A DNA stretch of 64,000 nt from Lama glama (lineage: Eukaryota), in assembly GCA_028534125.1 (NCBI GenBank), contig CM052818.1, positions 23,438,001 through 23,502,000 on the forward strand. The letters run 5' to 3'. The translations under genes were made by a program, and so were the position numbers. The notes under the pieces are model-generated. The model was given only the letters and a program-made list of their open reading frames with translations. It made no database searches and was not told where the DNA came from. This document shows positions 51,772-64,000 of the stretch, one piece after another (the first letter of the stretch is position 1; each line of letters opens with the position of its first letter).

Positions 51772-52139
51772 AAATGTATTCTTTGCTTTTAGATTACTCA
51801 AGTTGTAGTTTGGCCAGTGAGCATTCCTGTAAGCTGTCCCTTCAGTCACCTCAAAATCACATATGTGTTGAAAGGGTCCTTACTCTTTAACCACAGAGGC
51901 TGACTTTCCTTCGTAGGACAGTTTCTTTGGGATTAGTTACCTTTCAAGTTTCCTTGTTCTTTTTGATGCAAGAAATTGTAAGAGAAAGTTGATGATGAGC
52001 AAACATTTGAGTTGGGTTACTCCTGCCAAGGAGTTTTCCTCTAACTTCTAGGTTCTTCTGGCTGGTCTAAGAAGTAAATTGACATGAGATGGATTAAGGG
52101 GAGACAATCTAACACAAGTTTAATAACAAGCATCCATGG

Positions 52140-52591
52140 TGTGAAGGAAGGGCTGGGCTGGTCTAACAAGATAACTCACAGGTCCAGGAATGTGAAGGAG
52201 AGGCTGGGCTGGGCTAACAAGTCTAAGTATTGGAATACTGATCTGAGTTCTGCTGGACTAACTTGTAAATCTAAGTTAATTGGTGTTGGTTTGCTGTTTC
52301 TGTTTTTTGCTAGCCAGCCGGGTTTTCAAAGATACATATCTGACTTTGGAATGTGGGTTTGCTGCCTCCCCGCCTCCACTTTTGTGATGATGATGCTGCT
52401 AAAGCTGTTCCATGCCTATTGGCCGAATACCCCAAGCTTGTACTTTACCCTATAAAACCTCATGTGCACATCTTGCAGGTGCTCAGAGCTTCGGAGCAGA
52501 AGCCCCTCTGAGCCCGCCGGCATAATACATCTGAGTACTCCAACCCTCCGAGTGGTGCTTGTTTCTTGACTGGCCTGCCGTTTCCGTAACA
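52140..52591 (+). mobile_element. Young ERV solo LTR with TATA box
   Basis: TG...CA termini; 4-bp TSD ATGG (52136-52139 and 52592-52595); TATAAAA at 52451-52457; AATACA near 52523; retained CpGs. Confidence 0.85.
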
Positions 52592-52918
52592 ATGGGAGGG
52601 ACCCAGGAGAACTGAGCAAATTGCCAAAATGGCTAAAGCCCTTACTTTAAATATCATCCTTAGCTAAAGACAAAATAGGATGTTGAGGTTGGGGAGTGTC
52701 AGTTATGAGAGGTGATCAGGAAAAGCACGGTAAACAAGGGTAAGGTTGTTATGCAGCTGTAAGTCATTGCCTTCTCCATCGATAAAATTTCTAGAGGTTT
52801 GGTTATCCTCTTCTTCCTGGTGCAGGGAGGAAGTCACCCTTACAGATGGAGTTTTCTCTTATACATGTAAACGTTTCTTACAAAAGTATAACTCCCACGT
52901 GATTTTCAGAGTTGCTCT

Positions 52919-53391
52919 TGTCGACTGAAATAAATGCGCAGCCTAAAAGTTGAGTTATGTTTTCTTTGATGGGAGGACTCGAGCCAGGATGACAGCCTCT
53001 CAGATCGCTCTGAGGGACTGCTCCGAAGAGGTAGGGGAGGAGCTAGGATGTACAGGAGCTTTACAACAAAAGACCAGGTAGTTGGAACAATAAAAGATTA
53101 CTTGTTATTTAAAGAAAACAAGGCATCTCAAGTTAAAAAAATTTAGTGCTTTTCTGTGTATGGGAGGAAGCACACATTTGGGCTCATTGAATTCATTCCT
53201 TTGACAAGCATCTAGCTATCTAGGGCCAGTATCTTGTCCTTTATTATTCTGAGTTCCCTCAGGGTGTCCCATTGTGAGTGGCTGGGCTGCAGGCTTGTCT
53301 TCACTGTGGGGGGTGGCAGCAGCCGGCTGATGACTTGATGGCTTCAGCATTCTTTGTTTACTGATACGGTTTACAGTATTTTCTGTTCACA
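52919..53391 (-). mobile_element. ERV1-type solo LTR
   Basis: Minus strand reads TGTGAACAGAAAA...TTTCAGTCGACA; flanking 4-mers are imperfect (CTCT/CTTC). Confidence 0.75.
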
Positions 53392-53849
53392 CTTCCATGT
53401 CTATGTGGAAAATGAGCTTAAAATAATTCTTATCTCAAAGAGAAATGTTTTGGGGTGGCATGTTTCTGCTCCCCTACTCTTCTAGTGACAGAAATGAAAA
53501 AGAAAATATTTCTACTTACAGCCTTGGGTTCACATTAATTTTTTTTTCCATTTTAGCAGCTAATGTTATTAAATCCTTTAAACTTTATGTCAAATATAAA
53601 CTTTATTTTCTTTAGATTATGCTGTTTAGACTTTTTAACCTCTCTTCCAAATCGAAAATGTATTCTCTTTTTATTGAAAAATTTTATGTCTCGTCCATTG
53701 CTATTTTGAAGGGAGGAGGGAGGAAAGTATCTAACTTGAGGAATCATAGAAGTTTTTCAACTGACAGGGGCTTTAAAGATCATTAGTACATTCCTTTCAT
53801 TTTATGGGTAAAAAAATGGAATGCTCAGAGCAGACAACTTGCCCTCAGT

Positions 53850-53889
53850 TGTATGTATGTGTGTGTGTGTACACACACACACACACACA
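53850..53889. repeat. (GT)n-(AC)n self-complementary microsatellite
   Basis: tgtatgtatgtgtgtgtgtgtacacacacacacacacaca. Confidence 0.85.
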
Positions 53890-56399
53890 TATGGGCGCAC
53901 ATGCACACACCCCTTCTTAAATTGTTAAAATTGTTAGTCGTACCCCCTGGAGTTGGCTTTGGCGAGTTCCCTGTAGGTATCAGGATTCCCAGACAGATTT
54001 GGAGATGGGTCAGAATGTCCTGGGGTCTGGATTAGGCCTGGTGCTGCCTCCCTAAGAGACTGCTGGGAGCCTGCACCTGCAGGCGGGAGTTAAATCAGGC
54101 CTCTCCCAGACCAACCTCAGTCTGCTCAGAAACTGAAGGGATCACCAAACTGCTCCACATTTAGAACGGGAGAAAACGTGATGCCCGAGGGACAGGCCAC
54201 GTCTCAGCTTGGTCTGCGCTCACACAGCCTGTGTGTCTGCCTGCCGTGATTGCTCTATATTTTAAGAAACCTTTTAGATGAATGGTATATCTTATGGCTG
54301 AATTCTAACACGAAAAATTGGGTAAAAATTGCATCATCTTGGAAATCATGGACATCATCTAGTTCGATTTCCTTATTTACAGGACAGTAAAACAAATCTG
54401 GTTTAAGTTTTACAGGACATTTAATTATTGTGGCATTGGAATACATAATGAGCAATTTGTTCTAACTTTGTAAAGAGTCAGCATAAAGATAGGGAACAAT
54501 GCACTTTAATTAGATATAAAGCAGTTTTTGATTAAGTGTTTTTGGATTATTAGAGTTAAACCTTCCTACATAATATTTTAAGCCACTTTAATTTCAAATA
54601 GATGTCAGATAAATATAACCACTGTGCTATATTCATTAAAAACACATTTTGTAATTTGCTACACAGTGAAAGTTGAAGGGTGAACATCCATTAGCATTAC
54701 TGTCATATCTAATAAAATGAATTTAACATAATCACCTAAAATTATGACTGTTATTCCCCCATCTCCATTGGAAGCTTTGTTTTTTTTCATTGTACTTTCT
54801 TGCATTTGCTTCTTTGGATCTCTTTTTTGGAAAGAGCATAAGGGTAAAAAAAAATTTGTTACTGGGCTAAAGTATCTTTTTTGGCATATATTAGAACTTA
54901 ACACTTCAGATAACTAAAAGTATGATAACACAATCTTAGTGAATTTAGTAAGACCCCTGTCTTACTCCGAGGAATAACAAAGTCAGTATGAATGCTATTT
55001 TGTACAACTAGTTTTACACGTGCATGATTGTTTTCAATATTACTAAAAATCCTCAACAATATAATAATGGTCAATTCTATTACTTTAAAAATTACATTCT
55101 TTAACTCAAAGAACAAAGATGAGAAAATAAAGCATTCCTTTAGAAGATGTCTTAAAAAGCTGTCACTGAGTCAAAGAAGTAATTTGATAAAGACAGTAGT
55201 CGACTAGAAATAGAAACTGCTATTTAGCTCCTGGAATAGAGCCCTGGAAGCAGGCAGCTATGCAGCTACATTTTATAGACTTTACTGGGCTATTAGCTTT
55301 ATTGTTCAGACCATATTGATTTATGCAAAAGAATCAGCAACCGTAACTATTTCTAGCATGAAATGAACAATTATTTCATATTGAAACTTAAGAAAAAAAT
55401 TACACAGTTCATTTAAATTCTTGGTACTGCCTTGGTAATTTTCATTACACTAATTTGCAAATATAATAACTCATCACTGAAATCCCCTTGTCTGGCACTT
55501 ACTTCTTAGCAAATTCTAATAGGGCAGAATTTAACTAAAGTTTCATGTCATAATGATTTGTCTCCTTTTCTTAGTTGGGGAAGCTTTTTTTCTTAACCTA
55601 CTTTCAAGCAGTCAGGAAAACAAGTGATTAAAGCATATCTAGTGGTTCGACGTCCTTAGTTTTGTCATGTAAGTTGCTTTCTTAAGTTATGTACAAAATA
55701 TTCATTGTAAATTTATTGTGAGGGGAGATATGTGTCAGAATTGGCACACCATGACTCGAATGTGTGAAGAAAACCATCTATCTTTCTTTATTTTATAACA
55801 GATCTCATTTGTCTTCAAGCTCTTATGCTCACAAAGAGAAAGAAAAACTTAGTTTGTCAATTAAAAGTAATTTCATCTTCCTCTCGGTTAAACTAGTTTT
55901 TTTTCTGTAAGAAGATTGACAAATGGTTCAAGTCTTTTCTCCCTCCTTTCTCAGCCTTCCCAAGATGAGAAATAGAGAAGTGTCCACTCCCTTATAGTGT
56001 TGAATGAGAGCCCATGCGCATTTGCTTTTCTTCCATTAAGGTGTTTATCTTGATGGTTTCTGGGCAACGAAGTGTGACTTCATTGCCATCTTTCATCCGT
56101 TGTGATGATGGCTCCTGACTGCTGTGATTCTTGGTTTGTTTTCCCATATGGTCAAAGTGCAATGATGGCTCTTCTCTGGGGTGACTCTGTCACCCCCCTG
56201 ATGACTATATTCTGTCATCAGCTCTTGTTGGCAGTGTTTTTTTCTGATTCTGGCTGAAACTCCAATTTGCTCATTGTCTTAAACAGACTCTCTTATGAAC
56301 ATTCTGCTATAGAATTTGTCTCGTCTTTTAGTGCTTCCCTTAACCATTGTGCATGAGATGAGGGCCTCACTTGCCTCACTTTAGTCTTGGCCCTAAAGT

Positions 56400-56660
56400 A
56401 ATGCCCTACCTGCAGAAACACTGTGTTTGCTCTGCATATTGTCTTTTAAAATTTGTGTTAGTTTGTCCACATTTCAAAATGAGGAGAGGTCACATAAGAA
56501 TCCAGACTTCTGGCTTTTCTTGAAAAATTCTAAAACCTGGCAAAGGGGACCTGCATTTCCCATGACAGCAGCTGGACAGAGATGAGTAGCAGCGACATTC
56601 TGTAGAGGGTCATGAACTCTCCAGTTTGCCAGTTCTTGCCATTCCCTGCTGGTAAGTACC
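56400..56660 (+). mobile_element. MER102-like hAT-Charlie element
   Basis: 'cacatttcaaaatgaggagaggtcacataagaatccagacttctggcttttcttgaaaa..ctggcaa..ctctccagtttgcca'. Confidence 0.7.
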
Positions 56661-57718
56661 AGTGTGTTCCTGAAGTTTACCTCTCTACATCATCTTTTTC
56701 TTCTCACATTCCTTATTCTTTTCCTCCTTCTTCTTTCATTTCTTCCAGACTATTTCATTCTGCCTTATTCTTTTAGTCTTCTGTCCTTTTTCTCTGGCCA
56801 GCTCTTTTCCATGCAATGCTGCCCAGTGTCTATAGGATCAATAAACAGTAGAACTTAAAAAGAATTCAGTGATTTTTGAATCCCTCCCTTTTGCTATTGG
56901 CAAGATAGCTGAAACACAAAAAAGGCTGAGACTTGTCAGAGGTCATGCAAGTAATAGGTGAAACAAGTTAGACCCAAGCCCATGTCTTCAAAGATAACCT
57001 TTACTACTTCTACCTCACATATTAATTTTTTTTTTTTTGCCACTCATCTTTTCTCCCCAAACCCTGGAAGGCTAACTCAACCACTAAACCATCATCATGC
57101 TAAAATCTCACTTACAATAAAATCAGAATACAACAACTTTGGCTCAAAATGATGCTGGGATGCTCTGGAGAAAACAGAGTACAATCCCCAGGGACAGCTG
57201 GTACAAGATCAGATGAGTGCGTTTTTGCTGTGATAAATGATGAAAGATGAAAAAAGAAAGAGGACTGGCACTGTTTCAGCCTGATTCTGGATGAGCTTTG
57301 CTTTGGGGAAAGTCAAACCAGGTTGCCTGACTGAAGCCAGGCCACACCTTTGCTTCCCTCTTCCATTTCCTCCTGGGATAACAGCTAAGAAAAGTATTAC
57401 ATAGGACCTGGAGAATTTTCTTTCCCATGTCCTAGGTCTCAGTGGGGATAATGTTAAACTGAGCACCTTCTAAACATCTAGTTTAACCATGGAGACAGGC
57501 CTGAAAGGATAAAGAAAACCAAAAGTGACGAATGCAATGAAAGGTTCTTGAAAGCCTCTGACAGAAAAGAGTATGGGAAGGTGAGGATCAACACTGCCAA
57601 TAGTGGTGGCCTCTCTGTGTTAAGTCAATATGTGTTAACGGGTTGAACTCCAGGGCCAAGTGTGACCCCTCAACATGTCTGCCTAAGAGTCTGTGACAAA
57701 GCGTTTGTGAAGGAGGGA

Positions 57719-58090
57719 TGTGATAGTCCTCACTAGTCATTCAAACACTGACCGAGGTGTCACTGTGAAGGTACTCGATAGATGTGACTAAAGCCTATAA
57801 TCACTTGACCTTAAGTCAGGGAGATTATTCCAGGTAATTTGTATGGGCCTGATCCAATCAATTGGAAGACCTTTGTGAACAGGGCTGAAGCTTCACTGAA
57901 TAAGGAGAAATTCTGCCTGTGGACAGTGATTCATCTTTCCTGAGAATTTTAGCCTGCCTTTCTTGACAGCCTGCCCTGTGGGTCTGACACTTGTCTGGAC
58001 AGCACCTACCGTTGTGTGAACCAATTCCTTGCAGTATCTGTCAGTATATATCTCACATGGTCTGTTTCATTGGTTGAATCCTGGCTGATG
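57719..58090 (+). mobile_element. MLT2-like ERVL LTR
   Basis: 'gggcctgatccaatcaattggaagacc', 'cagcctgccctgtgg', 'tgtgtgaaccaattccttg', 'tctgtttcattggttgaatcctggctgat'. Confidence 0.7.
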
Positions 58091-59047
58091 AGTGGGAAGA
58101 GTTAGAGAGGTACCTGGACAGTGTTGTTCTCTGCTTAGCACTTGAAGGTGTCATAGGTGTCTTGAGGATGTCAGAGCAGAGTATTGGGGTGGGGAAAATG
58201 GACATGCTTAGATGCCAAATCGTAGAACAGATGCTTTTATAAAATCAAAGTTTTCTAACTTAGAGGAAGTGGTTCACACTGACTACTAACAGTGGAACAA
58301 GATTTCATAGGGTGATGGGCATGTCCTATGTTCCAACTATCCAAAATGATGTAGATTTTATAGTTTTCAGACTTCCACAACTGAAGTTCTTCAAGGTAAT
58401 AAAGCAGGCTCCTTTTCCAGTTCTGGATGTCACAGACACAATGTCAAGCAATTGCACAGTTGAGAGGCCAGAGATAGAGGTTGGTGGATTATTGTGTTTA
58501 CCCTGCAGATCTTATTTAGAAGAGGAGCAGCGCTTCTGTGAACATGAATAATACTCGATCCTAGTCATCAAAGCATTTTCCAACAAAATGTTCCGGTTCT
58601 CCAGCCTCCTGCTTTCTGTCCAGGCCTGAGCCTTTCATCACATTTCTTTTACAGAAGTTCATCTCAATGTTCCTGTGCTTGGGAGAAGAACGTTAACTGA
58701 GGGCCTTAACTCAGGCAAACTAATTGGTATGGAAGCAGTGTGTTCTGGCTCCTTGGCACTGCTGAGTTAACAAAGTTAGATCTATGTGACTCATAAATCA
58801 TTTCAGAATTTTTGCAGAAATGGCATCTAAAAAGAAAATATAGGTAAAGGCTAGAGAGATCAAAATTTAAAAGTTAACTATTAAAATGAATAGAAAATGT
58901 ATTAAAATGATGAGGAAGATGCTGACAGTGTACTAACAAATGGATTGACCTCATATTTTATCAAAGGACTTCTGCTTTGGGCTTCCTTTAAACGATGTTA
59001 TGTGTGGAGTTGGAGTTCTGAATGTCTGTTTCTTTTATGATGTCTCT

Positions 59048-59250
59048 TTATTTTTTTTTCCAAAAGTATCTTTTTAAAAATATATTTCTATTGAAGTATC
59101 ATCAGTTTACAATGTTATGTCAATTTTTGGTGCACAGCACAATACTTCATTCATACAGAAACATACATATATTCATTTTCATATTCTTTTTCACCATAAG
59201 CTGCTACAAGATATTGAATATGATTCCCTGTGCTATACGGTATAGACTTG
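59048..59250 (-). mobile_element. Short L1 3' end
   Basis: Antisense L1 tail; TSD TTTTAT(G/A)ATGTCTCT at about 59033-59047 and 59251-59265. Confidence 0.8.
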
Positions 59251-59492
59251 TTTTATAATGTCTCTAAATGTTTATAAAGAGCCACCAATCATGTATCTGA
59301 TGTCAGTGCTTTAAAGTGATTTTGCAGAAAATACTAATTAATGATCATTTCTATACATGACATCTGTATACACACATATATGGAAAGATGTGTAAGTAGA
59401 CACTGTATACACACATATATACACATATGTAGACACACGTTATCTCTTATCATGTATAGTTTGCTGTGAATGGATTTTACTTCACACAGTTC

Positions 59493-61400
59493 TTTTTTTA
59501 ATTTATTGTGGTAAGAACACTTAACGTGAGATCTAGCCTCCTAAAACCTTTTCAGGTGTACAATGCAGCATTGCTGACTCTGAGCACTGTGTTGTACAGA
59601 ACTTATCCATCTTGTGTAACTGAAACTTTATGCTTGCTGGCCAACAAATCCCCCTTTTTCCCTTCCCCTAGCCCCTGGCAACCACAGTTCTCCTCTCTGC
59701 TTCTATGATTTTGATTATTTTAGATACCTCATACAATTAGAGTCTTGCGATACATATCCTTTTGTGACTGGCTTATTTCACTTAGTATAATGTCTTCAGG
59801 GTTCATCCATGTTCTTGCATGTGGCAGGATTTCCTTCTTTTTCAAGGCTGAGTAATATTTTATTGTGTGTATATACCACTTTTGCTGTATCCATTCATCT
59901 ATCAATGGACATTTAGGTTGTTGCTACATCGTGGCTATTGCGAGTAATGTTGCGTTGAACATGGGAGTTCAAATATTTTTTGCAGGATCCTGACTTCACT
60001 TCTTTTAAAGTAGTAGTGATGGATCCTATAGTAGTTCTATTTTTAATTTCTTGAGGAATCTTCAAACTGTGTTCTGGAGTGGCTGAACCCTTTAACATGC
60101 CCACCAATAGTGTACAAGGGTTCCAGCTTCTTCACATCCTTGCCAACACTTGCTTTTTTTTTTTTTTAAATAATAGCCATTCTAATAGGTGTTAGACGAT
60201 GTCTTCTTGTGGTTTTGATTTGCATTTCTCTTGTGATTAGTGATGTTAAGCATTTTTTCACATACGTGTTAACCATATGTATGTCTTCTTTAGAGAAATG
60301 TCTATTCAAGTCCTTTGCTTGCTTTTTCATTTAGTTCTTTGCGGTTTTTTGTTTGTTTGTTTGTTTTTTTGCTATTGAGTTGTAGGAGTTCCTTTTATAT
60401 TTTAGATATTTACTCCTTATCAGATACATGGTTGGCAAATATTTCCTCCAATTCTGTAGATTGCTTTTTTATTGTATTGATTGTTTCCTTTGCTTTGCAG
60501 TTTGATGTAGCTCTATTTGTCTATTTTTTGTTTTGTTGTCTGTGTTTTTGGTGTCATATCCAAGAAATCATCACCAAGACCAATGTCCTGAAACTTTTCC
60601 TCTATGTTTTATTCTAGGACTTTTACAGTTTCAGGTCAATGTTTAAGACTTTAATCCATTTTGAGTTGGTTCATGTATATGGTGTAAGATAAGGATCCAA
60701 TTTCATTCTTTTGCATATGGATATCCAGTTTCCCCCACACCATTTGTTTAAGAGACTATCTTTTCCCAAATATATATTCTTGGAACTCTTGTTGAAGATC
60801 AGTTGACTATATTTATGGGTTTATTTCTGGACTCTCTATGCTAATGGTCAATAAGTCTATATTTATGCCAGTACCATATTGTTCTAAATACTGTAGCTTT
60901 GTAATATATGTTAAAATCAGGAATTGTGATGCCTTCAGCTTTGTTTTTCTTTTTCAAGATTGTTTTGTCTGTTTGAGGTCCTCTGTGGTTCCATATGAAC
61001 TTTAGACTTTATGTGTTCAAAAGCCTGAAGACTGCACACAAAAGTGCTGGAATGAATATAGGAATTCAGTAAAGTTATGGGTACAAAATCAATACATAAA
61101 ACACAGTTGTGTTGCTGTACACTGACAATGAACTCTCTGAGATCCTTCTTAAGAAAGTTCCCACTTAACAATAGCATCAAAAGGAATAAAGTGCTTAGGA
61201 ATAAACTCAACCAAGGAGGTGAAAGTCTTGTGTGCTGAAATCTACAAAACATTTGATAAAAGAAATTTAAAAAGACACAAATAAATGAAAAGACAAATCG
61301 TGTTCCTAGACTGGAAGATGTTATCTATCGATTCAATGCAATTCGTATCAAAATCCCAATGACATTTTTACAGAAATAGAGAACAGAATCTTAAGATGTA
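59493..61400 (-). mobile_element. L1 with 5' inversion (59493-61008 minus, 61010-61400 plus)
   Basis: The antisense ORF2/3'UTR block abuts a sense ORF2 block. The outer end of the sense block ('acagaaatagagaacagaatcttaag') corresponds to where the antisense block starts ('ctaaagttcatatggaacc'). Confidence 0.85.
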
Positions 61401-64000
61401 TTATAGTTCTGAAGGGCCATCTCTCAGCTGTAAGTTATCTTGCCATTTCTATATTTTAGTAGTTAAATTTCCCTTTATTGGGATTATTACTATGGTCAAT
61501 GTTTAGGATCATGGAGGTGGCATGGTATTCCAATTCCTCATTTTCACTGGCGCAAACTTAAAATAAAAATTAAACAAAAACAACTTTCAATAAAAAATAT
61601 TATGCCAGCTTTCTTAAAATTGCTACAACTTGAAGTAACTATTAAATAAATCCCCAAACTTTAAAGCATTTTTAAGCAACCTGTTGAGTCAAACAAAGTG
61701 TCTAATACATACAGGTATTCTTTTTCATGTCATATTTGGCATTACAAACTGTATCTTCTCCTTTATACTCTACTAATCTCAAATTGGCCTCAAACCCAGG
61801 TAGTTTTTTCTTCAGTGCTCAGTTCTGGATGGTTTGTTGTTGTTGTTGTTTTCCCTTCACCTTAAGGAATTAGCTGCCTTACAAATTCCAAAGAAATTCT
61901 GAAATAGTCTTTAATTTTGGGTGATAAAAATAGCTTCATGATCAAACTTCTTTCAGTTATGGATGTAATTTTAAAAAATTCTGGGAATAATTCTGGAGGA
62001 GCAGCAATTCTGAGAACGATTCTCTCTAAATCCTCCCAACTCTTGTTTGATTTATTTGAGGACAAAACCCAACTGTAATGTTAGTAGCTTTTTCCCAGCT
62101 GACCCAACAACTGCATTCAGGTTCTCAGAAAAGGATTTTCCAAGTAAAGAGTCCATGAACAAAATCAGGATGTAAGCACTGTATGCAAGTATTCACATCT
62201 GCATACTCATGGAATCACACAGGGATATAGAGAAGAGATAATTACATGCCATAGCTTTAATGACTTAGAAGCTAAGAAAAAAATATGCTCCTTCCTCAAT
62301 ATTAACACAGTCTTTTTGGTGCATATTGAAGAAGATAAATACATTTTCAAAGAGTTTTACCAATTGGACTTTTCTTGACACTAGAGAGAAAACAGAATTA
62401 ACATTTCAGAAGGGATTTAGATTAGCCAGGGGTAGGAATTACTTTAAGAATTTTCAGAAACTAGGACTAATTATTGTTTAAGAAAGCAAAATCTCCACTG
62501 AATAATTTTAAGAATAGCACTAACTGTAAGTTGTTTCACATCATTTACATAGAAACCTGGGGAATAAATTAAATGATCGTCAGATAGTTTATACTAACAT
62601 GAATATGTAATTTCTCCATTGGTACATTGAGTATTTTTCTAAATCAGAGCTCTGTTTATGAAAACCATTGCCTTTGTATTACGATAATCATTAACTGGGA
62701 TAAAAAATTAGGAACTGTCCTAATGGGACTATGATCATTATTTAAACTTAGTTGCTCTCTATTTAGAGAAGGTAAGCATTTGAGAATTATTTCTCACTAC
62801 AAACATTATTTCTACAAACAAAATCATTTTAATTGATTACTTTGAAATATAAAGAATGGTGTAAAATAAATAGATCATGGGAATTAAAAAATATATCTAT
62901 TCTTTCCGACTGCTGTATAATTAACTTTTGTTTGTTCACGTTCACAAATAAGAATAGTGACAGCCTTGTATCATTTATTGACAATTTGGAATACATTAAA
63001 ATATTTTATTTACATGATCTTACTTATCTTCCTCCTTGATTTGCTTAGAAGAGAATCAAGAACAGCTTGTACTTCCTGGGTATATGAAAACTCTTAGGGA
63101 GAAACAATTCAGAAACATGCTAAACAACAGGGAAGAATTGAAAGTTGAATTCTGGGCATAATCATCAAGCATCTTGTTTAGGAGACTCAATGACAGAATT
63201 TCTGTGCTTTGTTGTGTGTGCCCTGTTAAGATGTTAATATCAGGGCTTTAAAAATTCAAGACATAAATTCGGAGCAGGAATTTTGCATTGGGCAAGTAAC
63301 AACTGGTGATTTAGAATAGAATGTTCAAGAGTTTCCAAGAACTTTTTTTGCCCATCTTTTACCTTTGACTCTGTCTTCTCCTCCTCCTCCTCCTTTTTTT
63401 CTCTCCATTTCTTCTGATTATGCTCACAGGGTATTTTTACCTGCCTTTGTAAACCTGATAATTATTTGAACCTTTCAAGTTTTCAAAGTAGAATCATTCA
63501 GAGTAGGTTGTAGGAAAGGAACAATCTGAACAATTTAAATATTAAATAATTCTCTCATAATTACTTACTTAGACGAAAACACTTCCATTATGTAAATTTC
63601 AGTATACACTTTCCAAAGTTCTTTCTTTTAAGGTACTGTTGGTACCTATGCTTGGTAGAAGTTATTACTCGTTCCCTTGTGACATGAGATATTTGCTATT
63701 CCCTCTTTGTTAGGAATCCACAGTATAAGAGACACTGAACAAAAAGTGATGGAGAGACATAGCCCCTGTCTAAGATTGCCCATGGATTTCTCCCAAAGAG
63801 CATCGTGGTACACAACCCACCATACCTCCTCACAGTACACAGCCTAAACTACGTTCATTTGATGGGCTAGAAAATAGAACAAAGACAGGTCATAATAACA
63901 AGACAAATCACTGCCATTATACTCTGTCTACTTGGTTCTAAGACATTAAACTTTTATATTCTAACATATATAAGATTGGGAAGCATCATAAAATTGATGT

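Larger units (their letters stand above)
51977..53478 (-). mobile_element. Older ERV1-type LTR interrupted by two younger LTRs
   Basis: Pieces 51977-52139, 52592-52918 and 53392-53478 read continuously and end 'ttttggggtggcatgtttctgctcccctac' (MER34/LTR39-like by recall). Confidence 0.65.
55992..63866 (-). pseudogene. Candidate decayed multi-exon gene of unidentified family (extends toward the window end)
   Basis: Unique exon-like blocks with minus-strand splice signals: acceptor ttctattttctag| at 63866, donors |gtaagt (~63568), |gtaaga (~63023) and |gtatgt (~61713), acceptor ttttctttttag| at 58826. Protein-like frames are broken by stops and frameshifts. Confidence 0.4.

Noticed and set aside
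59364..59420. Direct repeat CTGTATACACACATATAT x2
   Set aside because: Low-complexity microsatellite-like slippage with no sign of function.
63695..63843. Kinase subdomain IX-like string (VRRYGGLCTTMLFGRNPW) in one minus-strand frame
   Set aside because: The invariant Asp is missing, no other kinase motifs are visible, and the frame is flanked by stops; too weak to name the gene.
1..64000. CRISPR arrays, operons or other prokaryotic systems
   Set aside because: No regularly spaced repeat-spacer array or gene-dense architecture; the sequence is clearly mammalian.

Overview
Repeat-rich mammalian genomic DNA, not prokaryotic. A tRNA-derived SINE resembling camelid vic-1 at 5.7-5.8 kb suggests camel, alpaca or llama. 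Most of the window is interspersed repeat: L1, L2, MIR, MER-type DNA transposons, a mariner fossil, MaLR/ERVL LTRs and a nested ERV1-type LTR cluster at 51-53.5 kb. The stand-out element is a minus-strand retrocopy at 16112-16816. It has perfect 13-bp target-site duplications, AATAAA plus a poly(A) remnant, a CPE abutting the hexamer, and an intact intronless 120-aa ORF. The protein looks like a very divergent, unusually hydrophobic member of the KHDC1/DPPA5/KHDC3L/OOEP atypical-KH family of oocyte/early-embryo proteins. Other candidates are a CpG island apparently built from an old L2 (13.8-14.4 kb), a spliced plus-strand transcript (exons near 4.9, 13.4 and 13.7 kb), an L1 lacking both ORFs (44.5-45.7 kb), and a decayed multi-exon minus-strand gene at 56-64 kb that I cannot name. 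Repeat family names come from recalled consensus sequences and boundaries are approximate unless TSDs are given.
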